From: the human T2T-CHM13v2.0 reference genome, Homo sapiens
DNA length: 64,000 nt
Direction: 5' to 3' (one strand)
NCBI RefSeq assembly: GCF_009914755.1
Contig: NC_060932.1
The translations under genes were made by a program, and so were the position numbers. The notes beneath the pieces are model-generated. The model was not told the origin of the DNA. It saw only the letters and a program-made list of their open reading frames with translations, and did no database searches. Positions 39,390-56,090 of the stretch are shown here, one piece after another (position 1 is the first letter of the stretch; each line of letters starts with the position of its first letter).

Positions 39390-42224
39390 TAATTTACATA
39401 TATTTACATCTTAATATTTCTCTTAATTTTATACAACAGCATATACGCATGTTTGTAAAATTGTACAAAACAAGACAACAGAATTTTCTGTAATAATGTA
39501 AAATGTTGCAAGTTTATAACTTGTTATAATGTGCATACTAGTTAGGACTCAGTCAATTTCCAGAAAGAAAGAAAGAAAAAGCACATGCCAAGTCTATAGG
39601 TAATGCAGCATGTCTGGAAATAGTAAAATAAATCACTTCAGAAAGATGAATTGTTGAATGAAAGGTGAGAGAACTTTTCCTTGTACAACAATCAGGAATT
39701 CACTGTACAAAATAAATTATCCCCTGTCAGCTATTTTAATAGTGGTCTCAGAGAAATAAAAGGGTTTTAAATATAAAAATTGTCTGTAAAATGTGTATAG
39801 GTACTTTGAACATCAAATACCATAATAATACATTTAATATTTATTAAGCTTACTTCAAAATAACTTTTCATTGCTTTACCAACTTTATTAAAATAAAAAG
39901 ACATTAAAGCTATTTATTCCCTGACAACATTTTCAGAAATCTGATTTATTCTTAAATAAATACATAAACGTCTCTTGGAAAAAAGAACTCATTATGTTGT
40001 AAAGGTAGTCGCAAGATGAGCTAGCTATGTGTTCCAGTTAACAAAAAAATTTTTAAAAAGCATAACTTTTGCCTATACATGTTTCTTACAGTTAAAATAA
40101 ATTTGGTTAGATCATCTAAAACTGCAGAATGTGAATTTCTTAAAAAATGTTCTAAAAATACATTGATTACATTTTGATAAGTGTAGTAAAATTAGAGTTT
40201 CCGTAAAGTAAAAAATAAAGGGTTACAAAACCTTTGCTTTAAAAGATTAATGGTCTGTTGTCTATTTCCATTTTTGAATAGTTTCTAATGAGAACCTTCA
40301 TTTTGAATCTCTAAAAGCACATTTTGTCACTTTGGGGGATACTAGAAATACTATTTTATACTCCATTAAAGGACAGATAAGTCATGCCTGGTTCATAAAC
40401 TAAAGGCACTAATCTAATACATTTTTCCATATGGGTTGGATATGCCTGGACTGTGGGAAGCATTCAGTCACTGCAAAACTGATCTGGGTTTTTCACCTTA
40501 GAGTTAGACTGACCTTGAGTTCTGTAGGACTCTTGAATTGGTGAATCAATTGCAAGAGTTCTAAAATCACCTTGGCTCACACTCACACTATCGTCCTTTC
40601 CCTCTTGTTTATCCCCAAATATACATAGGCAGCCAGACAGTATGACTTATGACTTGAGAAGCCAGACAGGACATCAGCCAGACAGGTCTCTTTTGAGCTA
40701 AGCATTCTAAACTTGAAAGAAAGCAGATATATCTCCTGAATACTGTAAGCGTCCTATCAATCACATTCCCCATCTTTTTTCTTCCCTGAAATCCACAGTG
40801 ATGTTTCCCTTTTTAAGCACTCTATAAAATGCGTTGTCCAGGCCAATATTTTTTACCATTAGCAATATCATAAAACATATAATATTTATATGGCATAAAG
40901 GGATAAACGAATGGCTCCTGGCTTCCCTGAGGGCTGAGGGGTCAATATCTTACCCAGCTCAACAGTCTCTGACTTAGAAAAGTGGTTGAACATTATGTTG
41001 CATATGTTTGAATTATTTCATACATGTTAATATTGTCTCTCAAAAATCTGTTTTTGAGAGTATCCTCCATATCTTTATGGTGTTCCATATTTACCTATTC
41101 AGTACTTCTTCTTCTATAGCAAAAAATAAATAAAATAAAATTATAAGAAGAGAGAATAACAGAAATATTTTGTTAATTCCTTTTTGCTGATAGGCGACGT
41201 ATAAAATTTCATTGAATCTCACAATGAGAACCTGTATTGTAACTTTAGGAAACATATTTTCGTGTTTCTTTTGTCCTAACTGGGAAATGTAATTTTAATG
41301 AAATTCATTTTTGGTTTTCATGTATTTAAAATTATTATAATTGCTCTCTCAAAAGAGGATTAAGTGCATAGTATATTTGAAAAGCCAGAAACCAATAGTA
41401 TTGCTAAGTGGCATGGTTTTACTATAGATTGTTATCCCTCCCTACCATTTTCCCCTCCAGTAAAATTTCTAATAAGTGCCTTTACTGAATGGTCATGAAA
41501 TTTACACCTTTGATCCTTCTATCGAAACAGATTATTTATTGTGTAATAATCAGAACAATTCCCATCTAATTATTAAAATGGCATTTATTAGAATAATATT
41601 CTTTACATTTACCACAAACTGTACTATTTAGATTCAGTTCCCTGGATATTTAAAACAACAACAACAATAACAATAAAATCCTAAGTATTAACTGTCATAT
41701 TAAATTGTATAGACTGCACATGTAATTTGGTTAGTTTTAAAATTTCTTATTTTGGGGTGGGTTTGACAACTTTTTACAGGAATCTATACTACAAGATTAG
41801 GTAGAATTTCTATTGAAACCAACATTTCTCTGATAAGCTTCTGCATTGCTTATAATTCTTACATACATTAATTGTAAGATGTCTCTGAACTTATCTTGAC
41901 AGTGTAAAATACAGACAAGATGAAATGTTAGAATTCTCACTCAGAAGCTGTCAAGGAGAAATAATAGCCATACCAATAGTCCATACACTGTATGACAAGA
42001 TTTTAGAGTTTGTTGATTTTCGTTGTGCTGCTGCTTTTCAAAATTGGCAGTAGGGTTCGGCTTAGTCTTCTTATTATAGCAGCATACTCAGTATGGTGGC
42101 GTTTTGAACACTATATAAACATACTCTTTGACAACAATCAAGTTTCTCAAAAAGATTCTCAAATGTTAAAAAACTGTTTTTAGTTAGACAGTAATAAACT
42201 ACATGGGTCAATTAAAGTCAGTGG

Positions 42225-42299
42225 GACACAGAAGATAGAACAATTATCTGGAGTCAGGAGATCCAGATTCTGGTTGCAGCATTGCTTTACTAACTTTTC
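42225..42299 (+). mobile_element. MIR relic (appears to resume at ~45362-45420 after the L1)
   Basis: 'ctggagtcaggagatccagattctggt...tttactaac'. Confidence 0.6.
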
Positions 42300-42310
42300 A
42301 AATACTTTCT

Positions 42311-45350
<3,040 letters not shown>

Positions 45351-45954
45351 AAATATTTTCTGAAAAATAAGAATTGGTCATATGGTCTCTTTATTTCTTT
45401 AAACAGTAAATCTCATGATTACTTTTATCCAGAGGTTAAAAAAGTGATCAAATAATCAAAATTAATTCTGTACATATTCTTAATATTTAAGGAGAAATGG
45501 AAAAGTGGCTATGCCAGGGTGAGCATGCACTTTGTTCCATATATCTAGGAAAATAATTTAATTCAGCAAATTCATATTTATAATCCTCTGTTGTGCTTTG
45601 TGTCATTAAAGGAATGCTATTGGTGTAAGCTGCTATTACAGGGACCTAGGAAACCGTATTGCTCTTCCATAGACCTTGTGGATGATTTTAAATAAAAGGC
45701 AGTTTCTTTTTTTCCAATTTCCCTCCTGAAGGATAATGGAAACATCAGTTTCTAATTTTTCCAGGATAGTAAGAAAGTTCAACAAATGATATTAAAAATG
45801 AAATTTGAAATGTTTATTTAAGCAACTTAAAATATGCTATTGAAAATAAACTAAGAACTAAAATAATTTTGCTCTATATAAAATGTGAAAATTCTCATTG
45901 TGGTTATTTTTCCCTAGCATAATAGAAAAATCACAAAATTCAGATTTAAAACAA

Positions 45955-46120
45955 AGCACAAAGTCCAAGCTCACCACTTACCATCTGTGTGTTCTTTGAC
46001 AACCTATTTAATTTCTCTGAGTCTTTCTTTACCTGTAAGAAGCACTAATGAAAATGTGCCCACCACATGAGTGGATATAAAATATAAATGTTACAAAGTT
46101 ACTTGTACTTAGTATATAGA
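45955..46120 (+). mobile_element. MIR relic
   Basis: 'ccacttaccatctgtgtgttctttgacaacctatttaatttctctgagtct...acctgtaa'. Confidence 0.7.
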
Positions 46121-47034
46121 AAGAAAAATTTTGATTTCCTTCCCCTGTGACTTTAGAATGAAATGAGGGTAGAGATTTTTTTTTTAATACCTCTCAACTT
46201 TAAGGCAATATAGGGTAGGTTATTCCATACCCATTATAATTTTAGAGACTTCCAGAGAAAGTTCACACTCATTCTTAGTCTTTTGTTCCAGGTTATTTAA
46301 CAACACCAGTAAGCAGTTATTTCTTATGCATTGACTATATTGAACCTACAATAAGTAGAACATGTTTTTCTGCGTTGCTCTCATCTTGTCAGATCCCACT
46401 TTATATCTATTGTCTATTCACCTATGGATGCAGTTTTAATTGATTCTCTCTGAATTACCTGATTTTGTTTCAATGCCCTTGAATGTCTATGTTTTTGGCT
46501 TCTTGCTCTTAATTGTTCTCAAATACACTGCAACAAATAATAACATTGGGATAGAAGTAATAAAAAAGGATCTCACAATAAAAAGTCAATGTTAATGGCC
46601 CAGACATGAAGCTACTTCGGTATTTAGAAAGTGAGACTTCAGCCCTTATCTTCTGATTGCCCATGAGTAGAACTAGAATTTGGTTCATGCATTGGGCATA
46701 CCACTAATAGTAACAAGGGCTGAGTTGAAATTTCACAAATAGTGATGTTTAAAAAATTCAACTGTACAAAAATGTAATTTTATTTTCACCTAGCTCTCAA
46801 GCTAACATTTTTCCCAATAGGACTTTATTTAGTCATTTACAAGTAAATTTAGTTCAATGAGGCAGGACTCACAAATTTGTGTCCCAGGTTACAGATGTAC
46901 CAAGATATTCTTTTAGACCCTGAAGCCTGTAGAGAGGGTCTGAGGTAACAGAGTTTTTGAGTTACTTGTTTAAGTTACAGGTAATATCATTTTCCACATG
47001 AGCTTGGATGAAATAATATTTTAGAAATCTCTGG

Positions 47035-47589
47035 AGTAAAGATTGACTTTGTCCACTTTGTTGAAAATCAAAACACCATACATATGTGGATCTATTTCTG
47101 TACTCTGTATTCTGTTTCATTCTTCTATATAGGTATGTACACCAGTTACACTTAGCTTCATAAGTTTTGAAATCAGGTCTGACACTTTTGTTCATCAATA
47201 TCATTTCTCTCATTTATTCCCTATTTTTACCAAATAAATTTTAGAGATAGACTTAACCGTCTTCACAAATGCCTGCTAAGATTTTGAAAGAGATTTTGAT
47301 AGAGATTAAATCTATGGATAAATTTAGGGAGAAATGACATCTTAACAATATTAAACTTTCTCAACCAGAAGCACGATATATCTCAAATTATGTAGTTTTA
47401 AAAAAAAATGTTCCTAAGCAATATGTTGATGTTTTCAATGTACAGGTCTTGCACATTTTCCAATAAGTTCATCCCTAGGTATTTTTTATGTTGATAATGT
47501 GAATGGCACGATGTATATATCAATATTAATTATACTGATAATATAGAGAGATTCAATTTAGTTTTATATTTTGAATTTTATTCTGAAAT
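47035..47589 (-). mobile_element. Old L1M ORF2 fragment
   Basis: 'cactttgttgaaaatcaa...tgtggatctatttctg', 'aatttagggagaaatgacatcttaacaatatt'. Confidence 0.8.
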
Positions 47590-49657
47590 GGTATATCCAG
47601 AGAAAATACCCTTCAAGCACAAAGGAGAAATAAAGATATTCCCAGATAAGCAAAAGCTGAGGAATTTAATTAACACTAGAACTTTCCAAAAGAAAAGCTG
47701 AAGGTAGTTCTACAATCTGAAAAAAAAAGGACAATAATGAGCAATAAGAAATCATCTGAAGACGCAAAACTCACTGGTAATAGTAATTACACAGAAAACA
47801 GAATATTATAACACTGTACTTTTGGTATGTAAACTACTCTTATCTTGAGTAGAAAGACTAAAAAATTAACCAGTCAAAAATAATAACTACAACTTTTTAA
47901 GACATAGACAGCATAAGATATAAGTAAAAACAACAATAAATTTAAAAGCAGAGGGATGAAATTACTGTTCAGTTTTTATTAGTTTTCTCTTTGCTTATCT
48001 GTTAGATTGTTTATGCAATCAATGTTAACTTGTTAGTTTAAAATAATGGATATTAGGTGTTATTTTCAAACATTTACTATTATTTTCAAGTATTTATTAT
48101 TATTATTGAAAATTTATTTTCAAACTTCAAATAAAAAAAGACCTAAAATAGAAACATAAAGAATAAAAATCAAGAAATTAAAACATACTACAAGAGAAAA
48201 TCATCCTCAATGAAATGAAGACGAGAAGAAAGAAAAGAAATAAGTGAAGACCACAAAGCAACCAGTCAATGAATGACAAAATGGTAGAAGTAAGTTCTTA
48301 CTTATCAGTATTAACATTGAATGTAAATGAACTAAACTCTCAAATCAAAACCCATACAGCGGCTGAATGGATTGAAAAAAAAAAATAGGCAGGACCCAAT
48401 GAGCTGTTGCCTACAAAAAAACACACTTCACCTATAAAGATACAGATAGAGTGAAATTGAAGAGATGGAAAAAGGTTCAATAATAATGGAACCCAAACAA
48501 GAACAAGAGAGGTACACTTAAACAAAGTAGATTATTCAGGGTATAAAGGGAACCTAACTCAATACAATAAAAGTCATATGTGCCAGACCCATAGCTAGAT
48601 CATACTGAAAGCGGAAAAACTGAAAGCTTTTTCTCTAAGATCTGCAAGGAGTCAAGAATGCTCCCTTTTACCACTGTTACTCAACATACTAGTGGAGGTC
48701 CTCGCTAGACCAACCAAGAAAAAAAGGAAAGAAATAAAGGGCATCTGAATTGGAAAGAAAGGAGTAAAATTATTCTTGGTTGCAGATAATATGACCTTAT
48801 ATTTGGAAAAACCTAAATACTTCACTAAAAGAAAATTAGAAGTGATAGGCAAATTCAGTAAAGTTGCAGGATATAAAATCAACATACAAAAATCCATAGC
48901 ATTTCTATGTGTCAATGGCCAACAATCTGAAAAAGAAATCAAAAGAGTAATCCCATTTACAATAGCTACAAATAAAATACCTAGGAATTAACTTAATCAA
49001 AGAAGTAAAAGATCTTTACAATGAACACTATAAAACATTGACAAAAGAAACCAAAGAAGACACACACACAAAAAATGGAAAGATATGCCATGTTCATTGA
49101 CAGGGACAATCAATATTGTTAAAATGAAGATACTGTCCAAAGCAATCTACAGATTTGATGCAATACCTATCAAATACCAATCACATTTTTAACAGAAGTA
49201 TAAAAAGCTAACTTAAAATTTATATGGAACCACACACACACACACACACACAAATAAATAAATGAAAATAACAAAAGAATAAAAAAAGCCATCCTGGGCA
49301 TAAAGAACAAAACTGGAGGAATCACACTACCTGACTTCAAATTATACTATACAGCTATAGTAAACAAAACATCATAGTACTGGCATGAAAACCAACACAT
49401 AGATAAATGGAATGAATAGAGAACTCAGAAATAAATTCATACATCTGTAGAAAACTCATTTTCACAAAAAGTATCATGAACATACATTGAGGAAGGTACA
49501 ATTTCCTCAATAAATGGTGCTGAGAAAACTGGATATCCATATGCAGAAGAATGAAACTAGATTTCTATATCTTGTCATATACAAAAATAAAATAAATATT
49601 GATTAAAGACTTAAATCTGAGACCTTGAACTATGAAACTATTACAGGAAGACATTGT

Positions 49658-49754
49658 AGTAACTGTGCCTGGCTCATTTCACTTAAAATAATAACTTCCA
49701 GATCTGTCCACTGGAAGTTATTATTTTAAGTGAAATGAGCCAGGCACAGTTACT
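49658..49754. repeat. Perfect 44-bp inverted repeat with 9-nt spacer
   Basis: 49658-49701 is the exact reverse complement of 49711-49754 (checked base by base). Confidence 0.97.
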
Positions 49755-50374
49755 GGAAATGCCCCAGGATGTTGGACTGAACAAAGATTTCTTGAGTAAT
49801 ATCCCAAAGCACAGGCAACCGAAGCAGAAATGGACAAATGGGATTATATCAAACAAACAACAACAACAAAAAAACAACAACAGCTATTGCACAGCAAATG
49901 AAACAATCAACAAAGTGGAGAGACAACCTGCAGAATTGGAGAAAATACTAACAAACTATCCATCTGACAAGGGAGTAATAACCAGAACATATAAATGATT
50001 CAACAGGAAAAAATTAATAATCTGATTAAAAAATAGGTCAAAGATCTGAACAGACATTTCTCAAAAGAAGACATGCAAATGACAGACCTATGAAAACGTG
50101 CTCAATATCACTGATCATCAGAGAAATGCAAATCAGAACTACAATGAGATGTCATCTTATGCCAGCTAAAATGGATTTTATTTAAAAGACAGACAATAGC
50201 AAATGCTGGTGAGATTGTGGAGAAAAAGAAACCCTTGTACACTGCTGTGGGGAATGTAAGTTAATACAACCTCTATGGAGAATAGTTTGGAAGTTCCTCA
50301 CAAAACTAAAAATAGAACTAACATACGATCCAGCAATCCCACTGCTAGGTATATATCCAAAAGAAAGGAAATAA

Positions 50375-50680
50375 GGACAGGTGGGGTGGCTCACGCCTGT
50401 AATCCCAGCACTTTGGGAGGCCAAGGCGGGCAGATCATGAGGTCAGGAGATAGAGACCATCCTGGCTAACACGATGAAACCCCGTCTCTACTAAAAATAC
50501 AACAAATTAGCCGGGCATGGTGGTGGGCACCTGTAGTCCCAGCTACTCAGGAGGCTGAGGCAAGAGAATGGCGTGAACCTGGGAGGCGGAGCTTGCAGTG
50601 AGCGGAGATTGTGTCACTGAACTCCATCCTGGGCGACAGAGCGAGACTCCGTCTCAAAAAAAAAAAAAAAAAAGAAAAGA
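50375..50680 (+). mobile_element. AluY
   Basis: 'gaatggcgtgaacctgggaggcggagcttgcagtgagc'; 16-bp TSD aaaagaaaggaaataa/aaaagaaaggagatca. Confidence 0.96.
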
Positions 50681-50810
50681 AAAAGAAAGGAGATCAGTAT
50701 ATCGAAGAGATAACTGCACTCCCGTATTTATTGCAGCACTCTTCATATTAACCAAGATTTGGAAGCAACCTAAATGTCTATCAACAGAGGAATGTATAAA
50801 GTAAATGTAG

Positions 50811-50838
50811 TATATATATATATATATATATATATATA
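50811..50838. repeat. (TA)14 microsatellite inside L1 3' region
   Basis: Read directly from sequence. Confidence 0.95.
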
Positions 50839-51509
50839 ATGAAGCACTATTCATCTGTAAAATATGAGATCCTGTCATTTGCAACAACATAGACGGAACT
50901 GGAAGTAATTATTTTAAGTGAAATAAGCCAGGCACAGAATGACAAACTTCACGTTTCTCCCTGATCAAAATAAATATATCAATGGCGTACTAACAAAAAT
51001 TTACAGAAAAGGAAGCTAGGACTCAGGATAGTTAAGTACATTAATGTCATATAGCTGTTAAACATTAGGTCTGTACTGCATTTTTGACTTAAAGATGGTC
51101 AGACTCCACATTTCATTTTCCTGGTACTTTACTGCACTATATGCAAAATAAAATTTTCTCAGACAAAGATACAAACTGCATTGTTTGTTCCAATAATAGT
51201 CAACTATAGAAACAGATGGGGTTTTTTTGTGTCTGTTAAATAATAAAATTATTTCATTGATTACATTTAAGGAATTAATGTCAGTATAAAGACCCATTTC
51301 TCAATAAGCAAGTGACCAATTCTGCCTCCAAGCAAACAACTATATTTCTTTTTTTTTTTTTTATCATTTTCATTTCCTTTTTTGCTTTCTTTTTTGAGAG
51401 AGCATACTTTAGTTGTGTATGTAAAGTGGCATGGAATTAGGTCAGAAAAAATTCAAATAGCAGCCAGTTCTTGAAATCTTTGTTTCTTTTCCAAATCAGT
51501 GAGCTAGTA

Positions 51510-54500
51510 AAAGGTCTCTTTCAATGAAATGGAGTTTTAAAATTTAATAAAGCCTAACTTACCACTTTTCTTCTTTCATGGATTATGCTTTTGGTATTAT
51601 ATCTAAAAAAAATTACCAAGTGTAAGGCTACATAAAATCGATCTGTTTTATTCTAGAAGCCTTCGAGTTTTGCATTTTACATTTACGTCAGTGATCTATT
51701 TTGATTTAAATGTTTTGTAAGTGTAAAGTCTGTTGTTCAATTCACTTTTTTGCACGTGAATGTCCGATTGTTGTAGCACAACTGTTGAAAATATTCCTTT
51801 CCCCTCTGAATTACTTGAGTTCCTTCCTTAAAGATCACTTGACTATATTTGTGTGAGTGTATTTCTGGGCTGTCTACTCTCTTAGATTGACATATTTGTC
51901 ATTATTTCTTTTTATACTGTTCTTGATTTCTAGCCTTTCCTTTTGAATCTTTCTTATTATAATTAGAGTCTTCTTCACAAAAGACATGATTAAGAAATTG
52001 TAGTGGTTAATTTTGTGCGTCAACTTGACTAGGCCATGGGGTGCCATGATATTTGATTAAACATTACTCTCCGTGTGTTTGTGAGATTTTTTCTGGATGA
52101 GATTGACATTTTAATTGGTAAATTAAGTAAAGCAGATTGTTTTCCCCAAAGTGGGAAGGCTATAGTATGAGATAATTTCTTATGTTACTTTTTCACTACA
52201 TCTATTTATCTATCTAAATATAGATATATTAAATAGATATAGACATAGATATAGATATATCCTATTTTTAATCTGGAGAACCTGACTATTACAGAAACTA
52301 AAAGGTCAAATCAAAAATGGGAGAATATATATGCAAAACTCATAAGAACTTATCTAAAACTTTAACAAAAACTCTTAAAACTTAACAATAAAAAACAGAC
52401 AACCTAGTTAAAAATAGATAAGATATGACCTGATATCTCACCAAAAATGATATAAAGATAGCAAATGAGCATATGAAAATATACTGAACACCATTTGTCA
52501 TTATAGAATCACAAATTGAAATAACAAGATACCACTACACATCTGTTTGATTTGCTAAAATCCAAAATACAGATAATATCAATTTCTGGTAAGGATATAG
52601 ACCAACAGTAACTCTCATTTATTCCTGATAGGAATCCATATGATACAGCCACTTTGAAAGAGAGTTTGGCAATTTTTTTACGTAGTTAAATATAGTCTTA
52701 ACATATTAGTGAGAAAATCATGCTCCAACATATTTCATCTCAACTGATTTGAAAACTCAGGTCCACAAAAAACCTGCACACAAATGTTTACAATAACATT
52801 ATGTATATTCTCCCCAAACTGGAAATAATCAAGATGTCCTTCAATAGGTGAATAGATGAACTGTGGTACATCCATATAATAGAGTGGCATTTAGTGATAA
52901 ACAGAAATAAGCTGTCAAGGCATGCACAATCATTAATGAATCTTAAATGTATATTCCTAAGTAGAATATTCCTAAAAAGGCTACATACTGTATGATTTCA
53001 ACTATATGCTCTACTGCAAAAGGCAAATCTGTAGAGATGAGAAATAGATCACTGGTTGACAGGAATCGGGGGAAAGAAAAGGATTGGATTAATGTGGCAC
53101 TAGGGATTTTTTAGGGCGGATAATCTATTCTGTATAATACTGTAATCATTAACAGATGTCACTATATTTTTGCAAATACACAGAATTTTACATTACACAA
53201 ATTGAGGTCTGCAATTAAAAAATCCTTTAAGAAGTTGAGAGATTCTAGGATCAATGCAGAATATGACAGCAGATAAAACTAACTATATTGCAAAGGTATA
53301 AAACAATCTCACTAAAGGTGGTGGTGGGAAAAATGCTGACCTAAGTAAGCTTTGAAACTGTAAGTCTAAGTGAAAAGTAAACTGTAAATGATAAGTGTAT
53401 TCTAGTTGACAAAATTGTTTTTCACAGGAATATGTGTTAGTTCTGTTTTGATACATATGTACTAGAATTGAGTAAGTAAAAAAGCGAATATTGCTCTGTG
53501 AAAACTATATTTCTCACTATTTCAGAGCTTTGTATACAGATAAGCAAGAGAAGAAAACAGAAATGATTCACATAATAGTGAATTAGAGATAGAGATATGA
53601 TCTCATGAGTATAAATCATGCTTATCATAATAGAGATACAGATGTATATGTACAGAAAATATTTACAGATATTGTGTATACACAAGCTAGTATACACACA
53701 TTCTTTCCTCTTTCAGCTGATGGGCTTCAGAAGCGAAAACACTATTAGCAACAAGAGTCTTTAACAATCAGATATGATTTCTTACACCATTCCTCATTCA
53801 ATACAAAACAAAGAGCTTATTGGAGACATGGCTGATCCTAGGAACAGAGCAGGAAATATACGAGATGAACCTGGAGTGTCTTGCAGTGCCAGAAAGAAAA
53901 AAAGTGCTCCAAAAAATGCACAATGAAGAAGGCATATCAAAATGTCACAGGAACCAAATGAAAGAGCTCCCAATGGCTAATTCTGGAACAGTGTAAGCAA
54001 AACAAATTAAAATAATACATAGTATTGTTGGATTATAATAGAAAGTATAAAATAAATATGCAGGAGTACATAAAAGTATTAGTAAATTATTAAATGTGTA
54101 CACAAATAGAGGGGAAGAAAAGAGGCAAATATCTTATACTGTATCTTATATTGACAGATCCTAAGTAATTTATATGAAAGCGGCACTCTCGAGGAGGGTA
54201 ACATTACTTGCCACTCTTTGGAGCCTGGGCTGCACATAGTTAATTCTTTCCAAAGGAAAGAGAAAAATAGTGACTTTAAAGTAGTGCAACCTGAGAATCA
54301 CTACCTCAACCAGGAACTCAAGGTTATCATCTACAATGATAAATCATGTGGATGGTATGCACCCTTGATTTTGTGATGGGATTAGATTTTACCTCTGTAG
54401 TCTTTCTCTCAAAAACCCATAAACTCAGTCTAATCATGAGAAAAACAGCAGACCAATCCCAATTAAAGGAGAATCTAAAATATACCTGATCAGTACTCCT

Positions 54501-54812
54501 CAAAACTGTCAAGGCAATCATTAACAGGGAACAATAGCAGTATTACAGCCAATAGGAGCTTAAGGAGAAATGATAACTAAATGGAATGTAATATCCTGCG
54601 TGGGATCCTAGAACAGAATCAGGACATTCAGTGAAAATAAGGAAATCTGAATAAAAATAAAATATGGGCCTTAGTATAATAATATATCAGTATTGCCTCA
54701 TTAATTTTAGCGAATATACATAATCAGGGAAACTGAATATTGGGTATGTGGGAACTCTACTATCATCAATTTTTCTATAAATCTAAACTTCATATAAAAT
54801 AAAACATTTAAG
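51510..54812 (+). mobile_element. L1MC-type (about L1MC3) LINE with long 3' UTR; 51510-51930 on minus strand; MLT2 inserted
   Basis: Sense ORF2 end 52294-52900; L1MC 3' UTR 'aaacccataaactcagtctaatcatgagaaaaacagcagac'; end 'ttttctataaatctaaa...aaataaaa'. Confidence 0.85.
51999..52293 (+). mobile_element. MLT2 (ERVL) solo LTR, internally deleted
   Basis: 'tgtagtggttaattttgtgcgtcaacttgact'...'ctggagaacctgactattaca'; TSD gaaat/gaaac. Confidence 0.9.
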
Positions 54813-54818
54813 ATTAAG

Positions 54819-54955
54819 CCCCCCCTCCACCCACCCCCCCCCCCAAAAAAAAGAGAAAGAAACAAAGGGAAAGAAGAGAAAGGGAGAAAGGAAGAATATA
54901 AGAAAGGAAGAAAGACATCAATCAAGCAAGGAAGCAAGAAAGAAGATTAAGGAAA
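54819..54955. repeat. C-rich tract followed by a purine-rich (GAAA/GGAA) low-complexity tract
   Basis: Read directly from sequence. Confidence 0.85.
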
Positions 54956-54979
54956 GTTAACTGCCCCTTTTAATCTTAA

Positions 54980-56090
54980 TTTCATTCCTTTATCCTTTTG
55001 TAGCACAACTCCTGAGAGATTCTCTGTAAGGCACTGTGTCTATGTCCTCACCTCTCATTCATTTTTTAACTTACTCTGTGTTCCCCACTCATCACTCCAA
55101 TAAACTCAATCTAGGACACCAGAAACTTGCATCTGTCCAAATCTAAAGGCATAGATTCTGTTCTACTGCATTTTCTTGCTCTGCAACATTTTATGCAGTT
55201 GACTATACCTTCCTTCTTAACAAAAAAGGATATTTTCTTGGTTTCCTTATTATTCTTCTTTTTGTTCCTTCCTCTTCTTTAGTGGCTAGTTCTTTTCTGG
55301 CTTTTTTATCTCTTTTTTTCCACAAAATGTGCTGTTTGTGCTGGACTGAAATTATTGGAATGTCTCAAGGTTAATCCCTAGCTCTTTTAGTATTATTTGT
55401 CTATATTTTCTCAAGGTGGGTATGTAAAAATGATATTTATCTTCAGTTCAGACCTCTCTCCTGGGCTCTGTACCATTAAATAATAGTTGAATAGCCAATG
55501 GTGATTTAGTCATAAAGGTACAGAACATAACTATGATTTTCTCACATGCATATCTGCCCCATCTGAATATTTCTTAATTTAATAAATGATGCAATAATCT
55601 ACCCAGTTCTCAGGCCTCGCCGAAGCATGATAATTAATTGCTTACTTGACTTCAGACCTTACATCCAATTCATAAATAAGTCTGATTAACTCTAACTAAA
55701 AATTGTTCATAATTCATCCACTTATATTGATTTTTACTACTATAATTTTAATTTAGATCAATGTCATCCCTTACCTACCCTACGTCAAAATAGTCTTCCT
55801 TTCTTCTTTCTAGGGTAGCAAAGGCAACAATTAATAAAGTAAAACAATTTATATTTCTTCCTAGCTTCCAAAATATGTAGTGGCTTTCTATCACTTTACA
55901 ATATTTCACAAGGCCAAATAGAATCTGACTCTTGTTTATCTTCCTAACTTCATCTTTAACTGTTCTTTTTTGGCTTATGCTTTTCCAGGGAAATAGACTT
56001 CTATTGTTTCTTGAATATACAAAGCTCTGTGAAACACTTACAGATTTCTTTTGCTATTACAGAAACTTTTTTCGGAATCTTTTGTCTCAT
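54980..56090 (+). mobile_element. L2a-type relic (3' end resumes at ~59595-59900)
   Basis: 'ctcacctctcattc', 'cagacctctctcctgggctc', 'atctacccagttctcaggcc', 'tgtttcttgaatatacaaagctc'. Confidence 0.75.

Larger units (their letters stand above)
47590..50965 (+). mobile_element. L1MA-type LINE: ORF1 end, inter-ORF, ORF2 with ~1.6-kb deletion near 48537, hairpin insert, AluY insert, truncated 3' UTR
   Basis: ORF1 end 'ccagataagcaaaagctgagg'; EN start 'acattgaatgtaaatg'; RT 'ADNMTLYLEKP'. Confidence 0.92.
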
